Source of the DNA: Lingula anatina
Lineage: Eukaryota; Animalia; Brachiopoda
DNA length: 64,000 nucleotides
Reading direction: 5' to 3'
Assembly: GCA_051362555.1 (NCBI GenBank)
Contig: CM120642.1
Span: forward strand, 20,150,001-20,214,000
Made by a program: the position numbers and the translations under genes. The notes beneath the pieces were generated by a model that saw only the letters and a program-made list of their open reading frames with translations, did no database searches and was not told the DNA's origin. Of this stretch, positions 11,601 to 26,400 are shown piece after piece (positions within the stretch are counted from its first letter, which is position 1; each line of letters starts with the position of its first letter).

Positions 11601-14600
11601 TGGAATCCTTGCACCATTTTTATGTACAGACACAGATGTGTCTGTACATATAGCTATCATCTGCGTCTGTCGTCGCCGTCGCCGTCGCCGTCGTCGCTGT
11701 CGTCGCCGTCGTCGCCGTCGCCGTGCACTTTTACCGATAACACGATAAGTGGAAAACCATTTTACCTTTTGACTTGAAACTTGCAGAACTGATGAATATT
11801 CATAATACGCAGGTCAAGTTCGAAAATCAGCATGATTGGGTCACTTTTAAGGAATTAATGCAGTTTTTTCACTTTTTTCAGCATATATGCAGCACCGATA
11901 ACACGATAAGTGGAAAACCATTTTACCTTTTGACTTGAAACTTACAGAACTGATGAATATTCATAATACGCAGGTCAAGTTCTAAAATCAGCATGATCGG
12001 GTCTATTTTAGGTAATTTATGCTGTTTTTTCACTTTTTTCAATATAAATGCAACACTGATAACACAATATAAGAAAAACGGATTGGCCAATTGTAATTAT
12101 ACTCACAGGAGTGGTCAATCTTACTAAAACGCAGGTTGAGTTCGAAAATCAGCATAATCGGGCCATTATTTTAGAAGTTATACTGTTTTTTTCACATTTC
12201 CTCAGATTCAATTCTTAAGCATGTTAACAGTCTCATTATTTAACTAATAAGATGCCTTAAAAGTGTTTGTTTGATATTTCCTGCATCTTTACAACATTAT
12301 TAGTTAATTATGTAAAAAACATGGTAAACTTGTTATCATGTATTGTGTAATAAAGTGTCAAAAATGGAAATAAACTCATATCATTGCAGTTTGTCAGATT
12401 CAATCATCCACTATGTTCATAATCTCAGAATGGAGGAAATTGGACATTTAACACTGTTCTATTGATACTTTTCCCATCTCATCAATTTTTTTAGTTGGTC
12501 ATATAAAAATGGCAGTAAAATGATTATTTTGTTTTATGTTAAAAAAGTGTTAAAAATGGAAATAAACCCATTTCAGAACAGTGCTGTCTTGTTTACATTT
12601 TGGCATTTTCAAGGCGTGACTTTGAAGTTCCATGGGCCTTAAGACCTTTGCTAGTCACATTTTCTGAATATCTGTGATACAAATATTTTATAATTAAAAA
12701 TTGATGGTCCTTAAGCTGTTAAACATTATGTAATATTGCATTAAAATTTGAAGAAACCCCTATTTTGGGCACTGCTTCCATGATGACTATTTAAGGAAAA
12801 TCATGTCACTTACTGTTCTCAAACTTACAGGAAAGAAACATGGGACTAAAATACAGCTTCAGTAGGCAATGCAGTCTGTTTGGTTTTTTTTTCTGGCAAT
12901 TTAACAGTTTTTTGTGAAAATTTAATTTTTCACTTATTTGCATCTTTATTTAAAAAATTACTTGTTTTTATGTACAGACACAGATGTGTCTGTACATATA
13001 GCCATCACCTGCGTCTGTCGTTGCCGCTGTCGCCGTCGTTGCCGTGCACTTTTACCGATAACACGATAAGTGGAAAACTGTTTTTCATTTCAGCTTGAAA
13101 CTTACAGAATTGATAAATATTTATAATATGCAGGTCAAGTTCGAAAATCAGCATGATCGGGTCACTTGTAGGGAAGTTATGCTGTTTTTTCACTTTTTTC
13201 AGCATATATGCAACACCGATAACACGATAAGTGAAAAACCATTTTACCTTTTGGCTTGAAACTTACAGAATCGATGAATATTCATAATACGCAGGTCAAG
13301 TTCGAAAATCAGCATGATCGGGCCATGTTTGTGGAAGTTATGCCATTTTTTCATCTTTTTCAGCATAAATGCAACACCGATAACACGATAAGCGAAAAAT
13401 CGTTTTACTTTTTGGCTTATAAGTTTCTGAAATGATGAATATTCATAATACGCAGGTCAAGTTCGAAAATCAGTCTGATCGGGCCATTTTTATGGAAGTT
13501 ATGCTGTTTTTTCACTATTTCAGCATATGTGCAACACCGATAACACATTTCAAGGAAAATCAATTGGCCAATCGTCTTAAAATTCACAGGGGTGATCAGA
13601 TTTACTAAAATACAGATGAGGTTTGAAAATAAGCTTGATCGGTTCAGTTTTGGTGAAATTGTGCCTTTTTTTGTATGTAAGTCTTTTTTCCTCGGATTTA
13701 ATTCTTAGGCATGTTAACAATCTCATTTGTGAACTAATTAGTAATGTAAAGGTGTTCTTTTGACATTTTCTGCATCTTAACAATATTGTTAGTTGATTGT
13801 ATAAAAATGATGGTAAACCTGTTATTGTGCATTTTGTAATAAAGTGTCAAAAATGGAAATAAACTCATATCTTTACAGTTTGTCAGATTCAATCATTCAC
13901 CATGTTCAGAATCTCAGAATGGAACAAATTGGACATTTAAAATTGTTCTATTGATATTTTTCCTATGTCAACAACTTTCTTAGTTGATCTTTTAAAAACA
14001 ACAGTAAATTGATTATTTTGATATATGTAAAAAAAGTGTTGAAAGTGGAAAGAAATTCATTTCAGTACGGTTATCTCTTGTGTACATTTTGGCATTTTGA
14101 AGTTGTGACTCTGAACTTCCATGGCCCTGAAGACCTTTCCATATCAAATTTTCTGAATATCCATGATACTTTTATTATGTACAGACACAGATGTGTCTGT
14201 ACATATAGCCATCACCTGCGTCTGTCGTCGCCGTCGCCGTCGTTGCCGTGCACTTTTACCGATAACACGATAAGTGGAAAACTGTTTTTCATTTCAGCTT
14301 GAAACTTACAGAATTGATAAATATTTATAATATGCAGGTCAAGTTCGAAAATCAGCATGATTGGGTCACTTGTAGGGAAGTTATGCTGCTTTTTCACTTT
14401 TTTCAGCATATATGCAGCACCGATAACACGATAAGTGGAAAACTATTTTACTTTTTGTGTTGAAACTTACAAAACTGATGAATATTCATAATACGCAGGT
14501 CAAGTTCGAAAATCAGCATGATCGGGTCACTCTTAGGGAATTTATGCTGTTTTTTCACTTTTTTCAACATATATGCAGCACCGATAACACAATAAGTGGA

Positions 14601-17368
14601 AAACCATTGTACCTTTTGACTTGAAACTTACAGAACTGATGAGTATTCATAATATGCAGGTCAAGTTCGAAAATCGGCATGATTGGGCCATTTTTAGGGA
14701 ATTTATGCTGTTTTTTCACTTTTCTCAGCATTTATGCAACACCGATAACATGATAAGTGAAAAAAATTTTTACCTTTTGGCTTGAAACTAACAGAACTGA
14801 TGGATATTTATAATACTCAGGTCAAGTTCGAAAATCAGCATGATCGGGCCTTTATTTTAGAAGTTTAGCTGTTTTTTCACATTTCCTCAGATTCAATTAT
14901 TAGGCATGTTAACAGTCTCATTATTTAACTAATAAGATACGTAAAAGTGTTTGTTTGATATTTCCTGCATCTTTACAACATTGTTAATTGATTGTGTAAA
15001 AATGATGGTAAACTTGTTATCGTGTATTGTGTAATAAAGTGTCAAAAATGGTAATAAACTCATCATTGCAGTTTGTCAGATTCAATCATCCACTATGTTC
15101 AGAATCTCAGAATGAAGGAAATTGGACATTAAACACTGTTCTATTGATATTTTTCCCATCTCATCAATTTTCTTAGTTGGTCATATAAAAATGGCAACAA
15201 ACTGTTTATTTTGTTTTATGTTAAAAAAATGTTAAAAATGGAAATAAACCCATTTCAGAACAGTGCTGTCTTGTTTACATTTTGGCATTTTTAAGATGTG
15301 ACTTTGAAGTTTCATGAGCCTGCAGACCTTTGCTAATGACATTTTCTGAATATCCATGATACTAATATTTTATGATTAAAAATTGATGGTCATTATGCTG
15401 TTAAACATTATGTAACGTTGCATCAAAATTTGAAGAAACCCCTATTTAGGGCACTGCTCCTGTGATGACCATTTAAGGGAAAACATGTCACTTACTGTTT
15501 TCAAACTTACAGGAAAGAAACATAGGGCTAAAATATAGCTTCAGTAGGCAATGCAGTCTGTTTGGTAATTTTTTCTGGCAGTTAAACAGTTTTTTGTGAA
15601 AATTTAATTTTTCACATATTGGCATTTTCAAGGTGTGACTTTGAAGTTCCATGAGCCTGCAGACCTTTGCTAGTCACGTTTTCTGAATGTTCATGTTACT
15701 AATATTCTATTATTAAAAATTGATGGTCATTATGCTGTTAAACATTATGTAATATTGCATCAAAATTTGAAGAAACCCCTATTTTGGGCACTGATCCCAT
15801 GATGACCATTTAAGAAAAACCATGTCACTTACTGTTTTCAAACTTACAGGAAAGAAACATGGGGCTAAAATACAGCTTCAGTAGGCAATGCAGTCTGTTT
15901 GGTAATTTTTTCTGGCAGTTAAACAGTTTTTTGTGAAAATTTAATTTTTCACATATTGGCATTTTCAAGGTGTGACTTTGAAGTTCCATGAGCCTGCAGA
16001 CCTTTGCTAGTCACGTTTTCTGAATGTTCATGTGACTAATATTCCATTATTAAAAATTGATGGTCATTATGCTGTTAAACATTATGTAATATTGCATCAA
16101 AATTTGAAGAAACCCCTATTTTGGGCACTGCTCTCATAATGACCATTTAACAAAAATCATGTCAATTACTGTTCTCAAACTTACAGGAAAGAAACATGGG
16201 TCTAAAATACAGCTTCAGTTGGCAATGCAGTCTGTTTGGTAATTTTTTCTGGCAGTTAAACAGTTTTTTGTGAAAATTTAATTTTTCACTTATTGGCATT
16301 TTCAAGGTGTGACTTTGAAGTTCCATGATCCTGAAGACCTTTGCTTGTCACGTTTTCTGAATGTCCATGTTACTAATATTCTATTATTAGAAATTGATGG
16401 TCATTATGCTGTTAAGCATTATGTAATATTGCATCAAAATAGAAGAAAACACAATTTTTGGTGCTGCTGCTATGATGAGCATTATGGGAAAACCGTGTTA
16501 TGACTGTCAAACCTTTAAAAAAGAAACACAGTACTAAAATGTAGAATGAGTATGAAAAGCAATCTAATTGGCTTCTTTTTCTGGAAGTTACAATGTATAC
16601 ATTTGAGTGAAAGATTCATTATCTTTTTGGCATATTCTTTGTGGGACTCGGAGCTCCCATGGACATGAAGCCGAATGGTAATCAAATTTTCTACATGTCC
16701 ATGCTATTTATTGTCAATAATCAAAGATTGGTGATAATTATTCTATAATTTATTATGTAATGTTACATCAAAATTGACAACAATATTTTTGCATTGCTAC
16801 TGCAAACATTATGAAAAGAAAACTGTGTTACTTATTATTATTTTTAACTTACAAGTATGATTTTTAGGATTGGCATGCAGTTCAAATTAGAAAGCCAGGT
16901 CAATTGGGTTATCATTTATTATTGAATTTATGCAATTTTGTGTGAAATTTTCATTTTTCTCATTCTGGCACTTTCTAAGTATAAACTTGAACTCTGATGG
17001 GCCTGAAGCGTTATGCTTTTACTTTCGTCGTTGTTACCTGTTGTGCATAATTAAAATTTGATGTTGACTGTGCAGTAAAACATAATGTATTATTGCATCA
17101 GAATTGGTAGTCTCCTATTTTGTGCATTATTGTTTTGTGCTTTTCTTAAGATGTGACTTATGGGCCTGAAAGACCTTTGAGAGGGTCAGTCTGTTAATAT
17201 CCCTTGGGTATCACTTAGCTAATTTCTGAGTTATAAAGTCATTTGCCTAATTGATAGGCCATTAAAGGAGATTACATAAAGCACACTTGTTGATATTTCC
17301 TTGTAAACTCCCAAAAGTTAAGCTCTCTGCTAGATTAATAATAAGGAAGCAGTGATAATTATGCAGGT

Positions 17369-17423
<55 letters not shown>

Positions 17424-20400
17424 CAAAGATTAAAAGTTTGAATAGCAGCTTCATTGAAATTATATTTACCTCAGGCTCTGCCTAGGAGGTTATATTTTCA
17501 CCCCTGTTTGTCTGTCATCAACATAACTCAAAAAGTTATGGACTGATTTTGCTGAAATTTTCAGGAACTGTCAGAATTGGGCCAAAGAGGACAATGATTA
17601 GTTTTTAGTGGTGGTCTGGCTCAATAATCAATCAATAATCAACAATAATCAACAATTGCTGCCTTGGCAGAGGTCTGCACTCTCGGTGGTTTTCTAGTTT
17701 TGTTATGTTTTCCTTTACAATTTTTTCTCAAACACTTGCATTTGTGACTTTTAACTCTCATCCGCTCGAGGCTCTGCACATTTTCTGTATTTCCACATAA
17801 GCAATTGTATTGTTTTTTATGTCTTTAAACATTATATAAAATTATTTTATGCACTGTCATCATTTTTCAAATATTGAGACTTTCATCATGTGACTATAGT
17901 CTCTCATGGTCCTGAAACTGTAATCTTATTGAAGGGGTGGATTGAGACCATTTTCTGGGTCTTCTTGAAGACAGGTTATTAAGTTTATATTGATTGGTAT
18001 CTATTTTTTTCTGTTGGAAGACCATCAAAATGTCGGAGAGATGAACATAGATACTTTGGAATACTGTCAGAAAATATCTCAGGGTCCGCTCCTGTTATTG
18101 ACCATGTTACCTGTTGTGCATGATTAAAATTCAGTGTTGACTGACAGTGCTATTATAAGCATTATTTATTATTGCATCAAAATTGACAAAATGACCTTTT
18201 TTGCATCTTTATTTTCTGTTTTTTGTCTGTACATTTGACAGCTTTGCTGCCTTGTTTTATTATTAAAAATTGATGGTCATTATGCTGTTAAGCATTATGT
18301 AATATTGCATCAAAATTGAAGACAACCCCATTTTAGACAATGCCTCCATAGTGACCATTAAAGGAAAACCAAGTCACTTACTCTTCTCAAACTTACAGAA
18401 ATGTAGCATAGCACTAAATTATAGCTTCAGTTGGAAAACCTGTTATATCGGTTAACTTTCTTGGAAATTATATAGTTTTTTGTTACAATTAAAATTTTCA
18501 CATCTGGACATTTTCAAGGCGTGACTTAGTCTTTGAACTTCCATTGGCTTGAATACCATTGCTAGTCACATCTTTTGAATAGCTATGATACATTTTCTTT
18601 ATTATTAAAAATTGATGGCCATTGTGCTGTTAAGCATTATGTTAAATTGCATAAAAGATGAATAAAAAAAACCTTTTTTGGACATCGCTGCTGGGATGAC
18701 CATTAAGGAATAACCATTTTACTTATGATATTCTAACTTACTGAAAAGTTTCATAGGACTGAAGTGTAGCTTGTGTTGGAAATCAGTGTGATTGTTTCTG
18801 TTTTGGAAGCAATGCAGCTCTATGGAGTGCTATATGGGGCTACTGTTTATGGATGGTGGTAATTGTCCCTTGGGATAATCACTAGCTAAATTCAGAGCTA
18901 TAAAATTACTTGCCTAATTGATTTTCAAGTGCCCATTAAATAAGATTACATAAAACACACGTTGAGATTTCCCATTCAAGTCCTATAGGTTAAGCTCTCT
19001 TAACTGTGTCACATAATTAGGAATTGGTGATAATTATGCAGGTAAATGTTGTTTAATATTGCAAATAAGTTTACAAAAGAAAAAAATTTGTGCAATGCCA
19101 ACATTAATGCTATAGATGAATAACAGTGCCTTATTATCCTCAAACACATTGGGATTATTCATATCATGTTAATACAGAAAGATTAAAAGTTTGAATAGCA
19201 GCTTTATTGGAATATTTTTTTTTTATTTGTGTTTTCTTTTTAATTTTTTTCTAAACACTGGCATTTTCAACTCCCATCCACCTGAAGCTCTTCAGATTTT
19301 CTGTATTTCCACATAAGCAGTTGCATAGGTTTTTATGTCTTTAAACAATATGTAACATTATTTTATGCACTGTCAACATTTTTCAAATATTGGGATTTTC
19401 ATTATGTGAATTTGAACTCTCATGGTCCAGAAACTATAATCTTATTGCAGGGGTGGATTGAGGCCGTCTTCTGGGTCTTTCAGATGACGGTCAGATTTTA
19501 AAGTTTACATTGACTGGTATCAATTTTTTTTCTGTTGGAAGACCAACAAAAGTGTAGGATGGATCAACAAATATAGTTTGGAATACTGTCAGAAAATACC
19601 TCTGGATCTGCTCCTGTTATTGAGCATGTTACCTGTTGTGCATGATTAAAATTCAGTGTTGATTGACAGTGCTATTATAAGCATTATTTATTATTGCATC
19701 AAAATTGACAAAATGACCTATTTTGCATCTTTATTTTCTGTTTTTTGTCTGTACATTTGACAGCTTTGCTGCCTTGTTTCACTTTTTCAGCATATATGCA
19801 GCACCGATAACACAATAAGTGGAAAACCATTTTACCCTTTGGCTTGAAACTTACAGAACTGATGAAAATTCTTAATGCGCAGGTCAAGTTCGAAAGTCCG
19901 CATGATCGGGTCATTTTTAGGGAATTTATGCTGTTTTTTCACTTTTTTCTACATATATGCAGCACCGATAACACAATAAGTGGAAAACCATTTTACCTTT
20001 TGGCTTGAAACTTACAGAACTGATGAAAATTCTTAATACGCAGGTCAAGTTAAAAAATCAGCATGATCGGGTCACTTTTAGGGAATTTATGCTGTTTTTA
20101 TTTCAATTTTTTCAGCATATATGCAGCACCGATAACACGATAAGTGGAAAAACCATTGTACCTTTTAGCTTTAAACTTACAGAACTGATAAATATTTATA
20201 ATAAGCAAGTCAAGTTTGAAAATCAGCATGATCGGGTCATTTTTAGAGAATTTATGCGTTTTTTCCACTTTTTTCAGCATATATGCAGCACCGATAACAT
20301 GATAAGTGGAAAACCATTGTACCTTTTGGTTTGAAACTCACAGAACTGATAAATATTCATAATATGCAGGTCAAGTTCGAAAATCAGCATGATCTGGCCA

Positions 20401-23400
20401 TTTTTTAAAAAATTACTTGTATTTTCACTTTTTCATCATATATGCAACACTGAGAAGACAATAAGTGGAAAACCGTTTTACTTTTTGGCTTGAAACTTTA
20501 AAAACTGATGAATATTCATAATACGCAGGTCAAGTCAGAAAATCAGCATGATCGGGCCATATTTGTGGAAGTTATTCTATTTTTTCAGTTTTTTCAGCAT
20601 AAATGCAACACCGATAACACGATAAGTGAAAAACCGTTTTACCTTTTGGCTTGAAACTTACAGAACTGATGAATATTCTTAATACGCAGGTCAAGTTCGA
20701 AAATCAGCATGATCGGGCCATATTTGTGGAAGTTATGCCATTTTTTCATTTTTTTTCAGCATAAATGCAGCACCGATAACACGATAAGTGAAAAATCGTT
20801 TTACTTTTTGGCTTATAAGTTACTGAAATGATGAATATTCATAATACACAGGTCAAGTTCGAAAATCAGTCTGATCGGGCCATTTTTATGGAAGTTATGC
20901 TGTTTTTTCACTATTTCAGCATATTGCAACACCGATAACACATTTCAAGGAAAATCAATTGGCCAATCGTCTTGAAATTCACAGGGGTGATCAGATTTAC
21001 TAAAATACAGATGAGGTTCGAAAATAAGCTTGATCGGTTCAGTTTTGGTGAAATTGTGCCTTTTTATGTACAGACACAGATGTGTCTGTACATATAGCCA
21101 TCCTCTGCGTCTGTCGTCGCCGTCGTCGCCATCGTCGCCGTCGTCGCCGTCGTGCACTTTTACCGATAACACGATAAGTGGAACACCGTTTTTGCTTTTG
21201 GCTTGAAACTTACAGAACTGGTGAATATTCCTAATACGCAGGTCAAGTTCGAAATTCAGCATGATCGGGCCATTTTTAGGGAAGTTATGCTGTTTTTTCA
21301 CTTTTTTCAGCATATATGCAGCACCGATAACACGATAAGTGGAAAACCATTTTACTTTTTGGCTTGAAACTTACAAAACTGATGAATATTCATAATCTGC
21401 AGGTCAAGTTCGAAAATCAGCATGATCGGGTCATTTTTAGGGAAGTTAAGCTGTTTTTTCACTTTTCTCAGCAAATATACAACACCGATAACACGATAAG
21501 TGAAATAACATTTTACCTTTTGGCTTGAAACTAACAGAACTGATGGATATTCATAATACTCAGGTCAAGTTCGAAAATCAGCATGATCGGGCCTTTATTT
21601 TAGAAGTTATGCTGTTTTTTCTCATTTCCTCAGATTCAATTATTAGGTATGTTAACAGTCTCATTGTTTAACTAATAAGATACGTAAAAGTGTTTGTTTG
21701 ATATTTCCTGCATCTTTACAACATTGTTAATTGATTGTGTAAAAATGATGGTAAACTTGTTATCGTGTATTGTGTAATAAAGTGTCAAAAATGGTAATAA
21801 ACTCATCATTGCAGTTTGTCAGATTCAATCATCCACTATGTTCAGAATCTCAGAATGGAGGAAATTGGACATTAAACACTGTTCTATTGATATTTTTCCC
21901 ATCTCATCAATTTTCTTAGTTGGTCATATAAAAATGGCAACAAACTGTTTATTTTGTTTTATGTTAAAAAAATGTTAAAAATGGAAATAAACCCATTTCA
22001 GAACAGTGCTGTCTTGTTTACATTTTGGCATTTTCAAGGTGTGACTTTGAAGTTCCATGAGCCTGCAGACCTTTGCTAGTCACGTTTTCTGAATGTTCAT
22101 GTTACTAATATTCTATTATTAAAAATTGATGGTCATTATGCTGTTAAACATTATGTAATATTGCATCAAAATTTGAAGAAACCCCTATTTTGGGCACTGC
22201 TCCCATGATGACCATTTAAGAAAAACCATGTCACTTACTGTTTTCAAACTTACAGGAAAGAAACATAGGGCTAAAATACAGCTTCAGTTGGCAATGCAGT
22301 CTGTTTGGTAATTTTTTCTGGCAGTTAAACAGTTTTTTGTGAAAATTTAATTTTTCACATATTGGCATTTTCAAGGTGTGACTTTGAAGTTCCATGAGCC
22401 TGCAGACCTTTGCTAGTCACGTTTTCTGAATGTTCATGTTACTAATATTCTATTATTAAAAATTGATGGTCATTATGCTGTTAAACATTATGTAATATTG
22501 CATCAAAATTTGAAGAAACCCCTATTATGGGCACTGCTCCCATGATGACCATTTAAGAAAAACCATGTCACTTATGGTTTTCAAACTTACAGGAAAGAAA
22601 CATAGGGCTAAAATACAGCTTCAGTAGGCAATGCAGTCTGTTTGGTAATTTTTTCTGGCAGTTAAACAGTTTTTGTGAAAATTTAATTTTTCACTTATTG
22701 GCATTTTCAAGGTGTGACTTTTAAGTTCCATGAGCCTGCAGACCTTTGCTAGTCACGTTTTCTTAATGTTCATGTGACTAATATTCCATTATTAAAAATT
22801 GATGGTCATTATGCGGTTAAACATTATGTAATATTGCATCAAAATTTGAAGAAACCCCTATTTTGGGCACTGCTCTCATAATGACCATTTAACAAAAATC
22901 ATGTCAATTACTGTTCGCAAACTTACAGGAAAGAAACATGGGTCTAAAATACAGCTTCAGTTGGCAATGCAGTCTGTTTGGTAATTTTTTCTGGCAGTTA
23001 AACAGTTTTTTGTGAAAATTTAATTTTTCACTTATTGGCGTTTTCAAGGTGTGACTTTGAAGTTCCATGATCCTGAAGACCTTTGCTTGTCACGTTTTCT
23101 GAATGTCCATGTTACTAATATTCTATTATTAAAAATTGATGGTCATTATGCTGTTAAGCATTATGTAATATTGCATCAAAATAGAAGAAAACACAATTTT
23201 TGGTGCTGCTGCTATGATGAGCATTATGGGAAAACCGTGTTATGACTGTCAAACCTTTAAAAAAGAAACACAGTACTAAAATGCAGAATGAGTTGGAAAA
23301 GCAGTCTAATTGGCTTCTTTTTCTGGAAGTTATACATTTGAGTGAAATATTCATTATCTTTTTGGCATATTCATTGTGGGACTCGGAGCTCCCATGGACA

Positions 23401-26400
23401 TGAAGCCGAATGGTAATCAAATTTTCTACATGTCCATGCTATTTATTGTCAATAATCAAAGATTGGTGATAATTATTCTATAATTTATTATGCAATGTTA
23501 CATCAAAATTGACAACAATATTTTTGCATTGCTACTGCAAACATTATGAAAAGAAAACTGTGTTACTTATTATTATTTTTAACTTACAAGTATGATTTTT
23601 AGGATTGGCATGCAGTTCAAATTAGAAAGCCAGGTCAATTGGGTTATCATTTATTATTGAATTTATGCAATTTTGTGTGAAATTTTCATTTTTCTCATTC
23701 TGGCACTTTCTAAGTATAAACTTGAACTCTGATGGTCCTGAAGCCTTATGCTTTTACTTTCGTCGTTGTTACCTGTTGTGCATAATTAAAATTTGATGTT
23801 GACTGTGCAGTAAAACATAATGTATTATTGCATCAGAATTGGTAGTCTCCTGTTTTGTGCATTATTGTTTTGTGCTTTTCTTAAGTGACTTATGGGCCTG
23901 AAAGACCTTTGAGAGGGTCAGTCTGTTAATATCCCTTGGGTATCACTTAGCTAATTTCTGAGTTATAAAGTCATTTGCCTAATTGATAGGCCATTAAAGG
24001 AGATTACATAAAGCACACTTGTTGTTATTTCCTTGTAAACTCCCAAAAGTTAAGCTCTCTGCTAGATTAATAATAAGGAAGCAGTGATAATTATGCAGGT
24101 TATTATATATATTTTCACCCCTGTTTGTCTGTCATCAACATAACTCAAAAAGTTATGGACCGATTTTGCTGAAATTTTCAGGAACTGTCAGATTTGGGCC
24201 AAAGAGGACAATGATTAGTTTTTAGTGGTGGTCTGGCTCAATAATCAATCAATAATCAATAATCAACAATAATCAACAATTGCTGCCTTGGCAGAGGTCT
24301 GCACTCTCGGTGGTTTTCTAGTTTTGTTATGTTTTCCTTTACAATTTTTTCTCAAACACTTGCATTTGTGACTTTTAACTCTCATCTGCTCGAGGCTCTA
24401 CACATTTTCTGTATTTCCACATAAGCAATTGTATTGTGTTTTATGTCTTTAAACATTATATACAATTATTTTATGCACTGTCATCATTTTTCAAATATTG
24501 AGACTTTCATCATGTGACTATAGTCTCTCATGGTCCTGAAACTGTAATCTTATTGAAGGGGTGGATTGAGACCATCTTCTGGGTCTTCTTGAAGACAGGT
24601 TATTAAGTTTATATTGACTGGTATCTATTTTTTTCTGTTGGAAGACCATAAAAAATGGAGGATGGATCAACATAGGTACTTTGGAATACTGTCAGAAAAT
24701 ATTTCAGGGTCCGCTCCTGTTATTGACCATGTTACCTGTTGTGCATGATTAAAATTCAGTGTTGACTGACAGTGCTATTATAAGCATTATTTATTATTGC
24801 ATCAAAATTGACAAAATGACCTTTTTTGCATCTTTATTTTCTGTTTTTTGTCTGTACATTTGACAGCTTTGCTGCCTTGTTTAATTAGTGGGAGCTTGTG
24901 AGGGTATGGGAGGGCATGTACTCCTGATACTCTGAACTGTAAGTGTATATAATATTGACAAAGTTTATCTCTTAATTGTATTTTTGATGTAGCTAAGCAA
25001 AATCAAGAGCACCTAGCCCTTGTCTGTCCTCCGATGGATCTAAATATCAGTGTTGCAAGCTTAATTCGCCGTGGGACCAGCATAGAAGACCCAAATGTTC
25101 AAAAGCAGGCAGCGTTCAGTTATATCAAGAAGGCAAAGATGGGAGAAAGTACCTGGAATTTGCTAGAACTGCCTCTTTCCCATGTAAGTTCTGTTCCAAA
25201 GTCTTAATTTTATTTGATAAAGCATGTATTGTCTTAACTTGTCCTTGTTATTTATGTTTTATGTTTGTATGTGATTGACAAATTTAAGATAAAGAGCTGG
25301 AAAATAATTTTAAGCCTACCTTTTTGTATGTATGATTGTAGCTCAAAATAATAATAATAATAGGAAGTGAAGAGATTTGCTATTTTTTCAAAATTAATAA
25401 TAAAAGCATTGATTTAATGATATTTGTTCAGTAGCAATAGCATTATTACACTTTGATGTTAAACATTTAATTTTATTTCATTGCCTAGCCATTGTTTGAG
25501 TCTGTTGCCCCACGAAGAGTTAGTCAAGTGATAATACCTGTTGACTTTGCCAAGAGCAAAGAAGAAAGTGTGCAGCATGTTTCACAAGTGATAACAAATG
25601 TAATTGCCAAGGTAAGACGAGAAATCTAGGTATGTTTGCATGTTAAAGCCAGGTTTAGTTTATCAAAAAAAGCAAAGCCCAGTATATTGAAGAAGTTTGC
25701 TTAAAGGTACCCGCCATGGGTTTAAAAATCCCTCATATGCTTATTTTTGCCATTCATTTAAAACTTCTTAAAAAACCTTTACATACACCTTAAAAACTAT
25801 TTTTAAACCTCCCTAAATAATTTTTTTCTGGAGCATACCTGATTTTGATACTTCCATTGGAGCTTAGGAAGATGGTTGCAGGTTTAAATGACAGGCCAGT
25901 CATTTTAAACTAAATCTACTTTTATATATTAAGTTCAAGTCCAGTTTATGTCAAGTCCAAACATTTATTACTGACATCCACTTTAAACAAAAGCATATTT
26001 ACAAAACGCTATAGTTTATGGTCACTTATACATGATATTAGATAGATAACATGAATACTCAAAACTGTTTTTGCAGGATCAGTCTTTGCCGCCAATTATG
26101 AAGGAACTGCCAGTATCTAAATCTATAACCTGTGCAAGATTGGAAGGGATAGAAGAAGTGGAAGGAGACTTCAAGTAAATATCCCTGAATTTTGAAAATT
26201 ACCCCTCCATACTAACCATTATTTCTAGTAGAAGAACTGATACTTTGCCCTTGTTGTATAAATTGCTGGAAGCTCTTCCTCTGTTGTCAGCTTCTCTTTG
26301 CTGTTTTTAGCATTAAAAAAGGAACTGTAACAGAAATGACAGGGATTTTAATAGAGGAGGTATTTCCTGTAATCTGTAAAACAGACAATTACTGTACTAT

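Larger units (their letters stand above)
12966..19778 (+). mobile_element. HINE/DINE-like copy 2, nested in copy 1 and interrupted by copy 3
   Basis: Head at ~12966 and tail TGTCTGTACATTTGACAGCTTTGCTGCCTTGTT at ~19778. The flanks rejoin as AAAAATTACTTGT-TTTCACTTTTTCAGC, a 161-bp monomer variant also seen at ~20407. Confidence 0.75.
11617..21060 (+). mobile_element. Outermost, interrupted HINE/DINE-like (Helentron-associated) copy hosting nested copies
   Basis: Head TTTTTATGTACAGACACAGATGTGTCTGTACATATAGC plus a (GTC/GCC)n microsatellite at 11617. The 161-bp units resume at 19779-21060 after the nested copy. No own 3' end was found. Confidence 0.7.

Noticed and set aside
14261-16500. Regularly spaced repeats resembling a CRISPR array
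   Set aside because: The units are contiguous tandem monomers with no unique spacers, in a eukaryotic intron with no cas genes.
12880-23420. Recurrent short ORFs (MLKKVKKQHNFP..., MTLKFHDPEDL..., MITIRLHVHG...) suggesting a small gene family
   Set aside because: They fall in the 161-bp and 337-bp units and body of the non-coding HINE, recur only because the DNA is repeated, and show no domain motifs.
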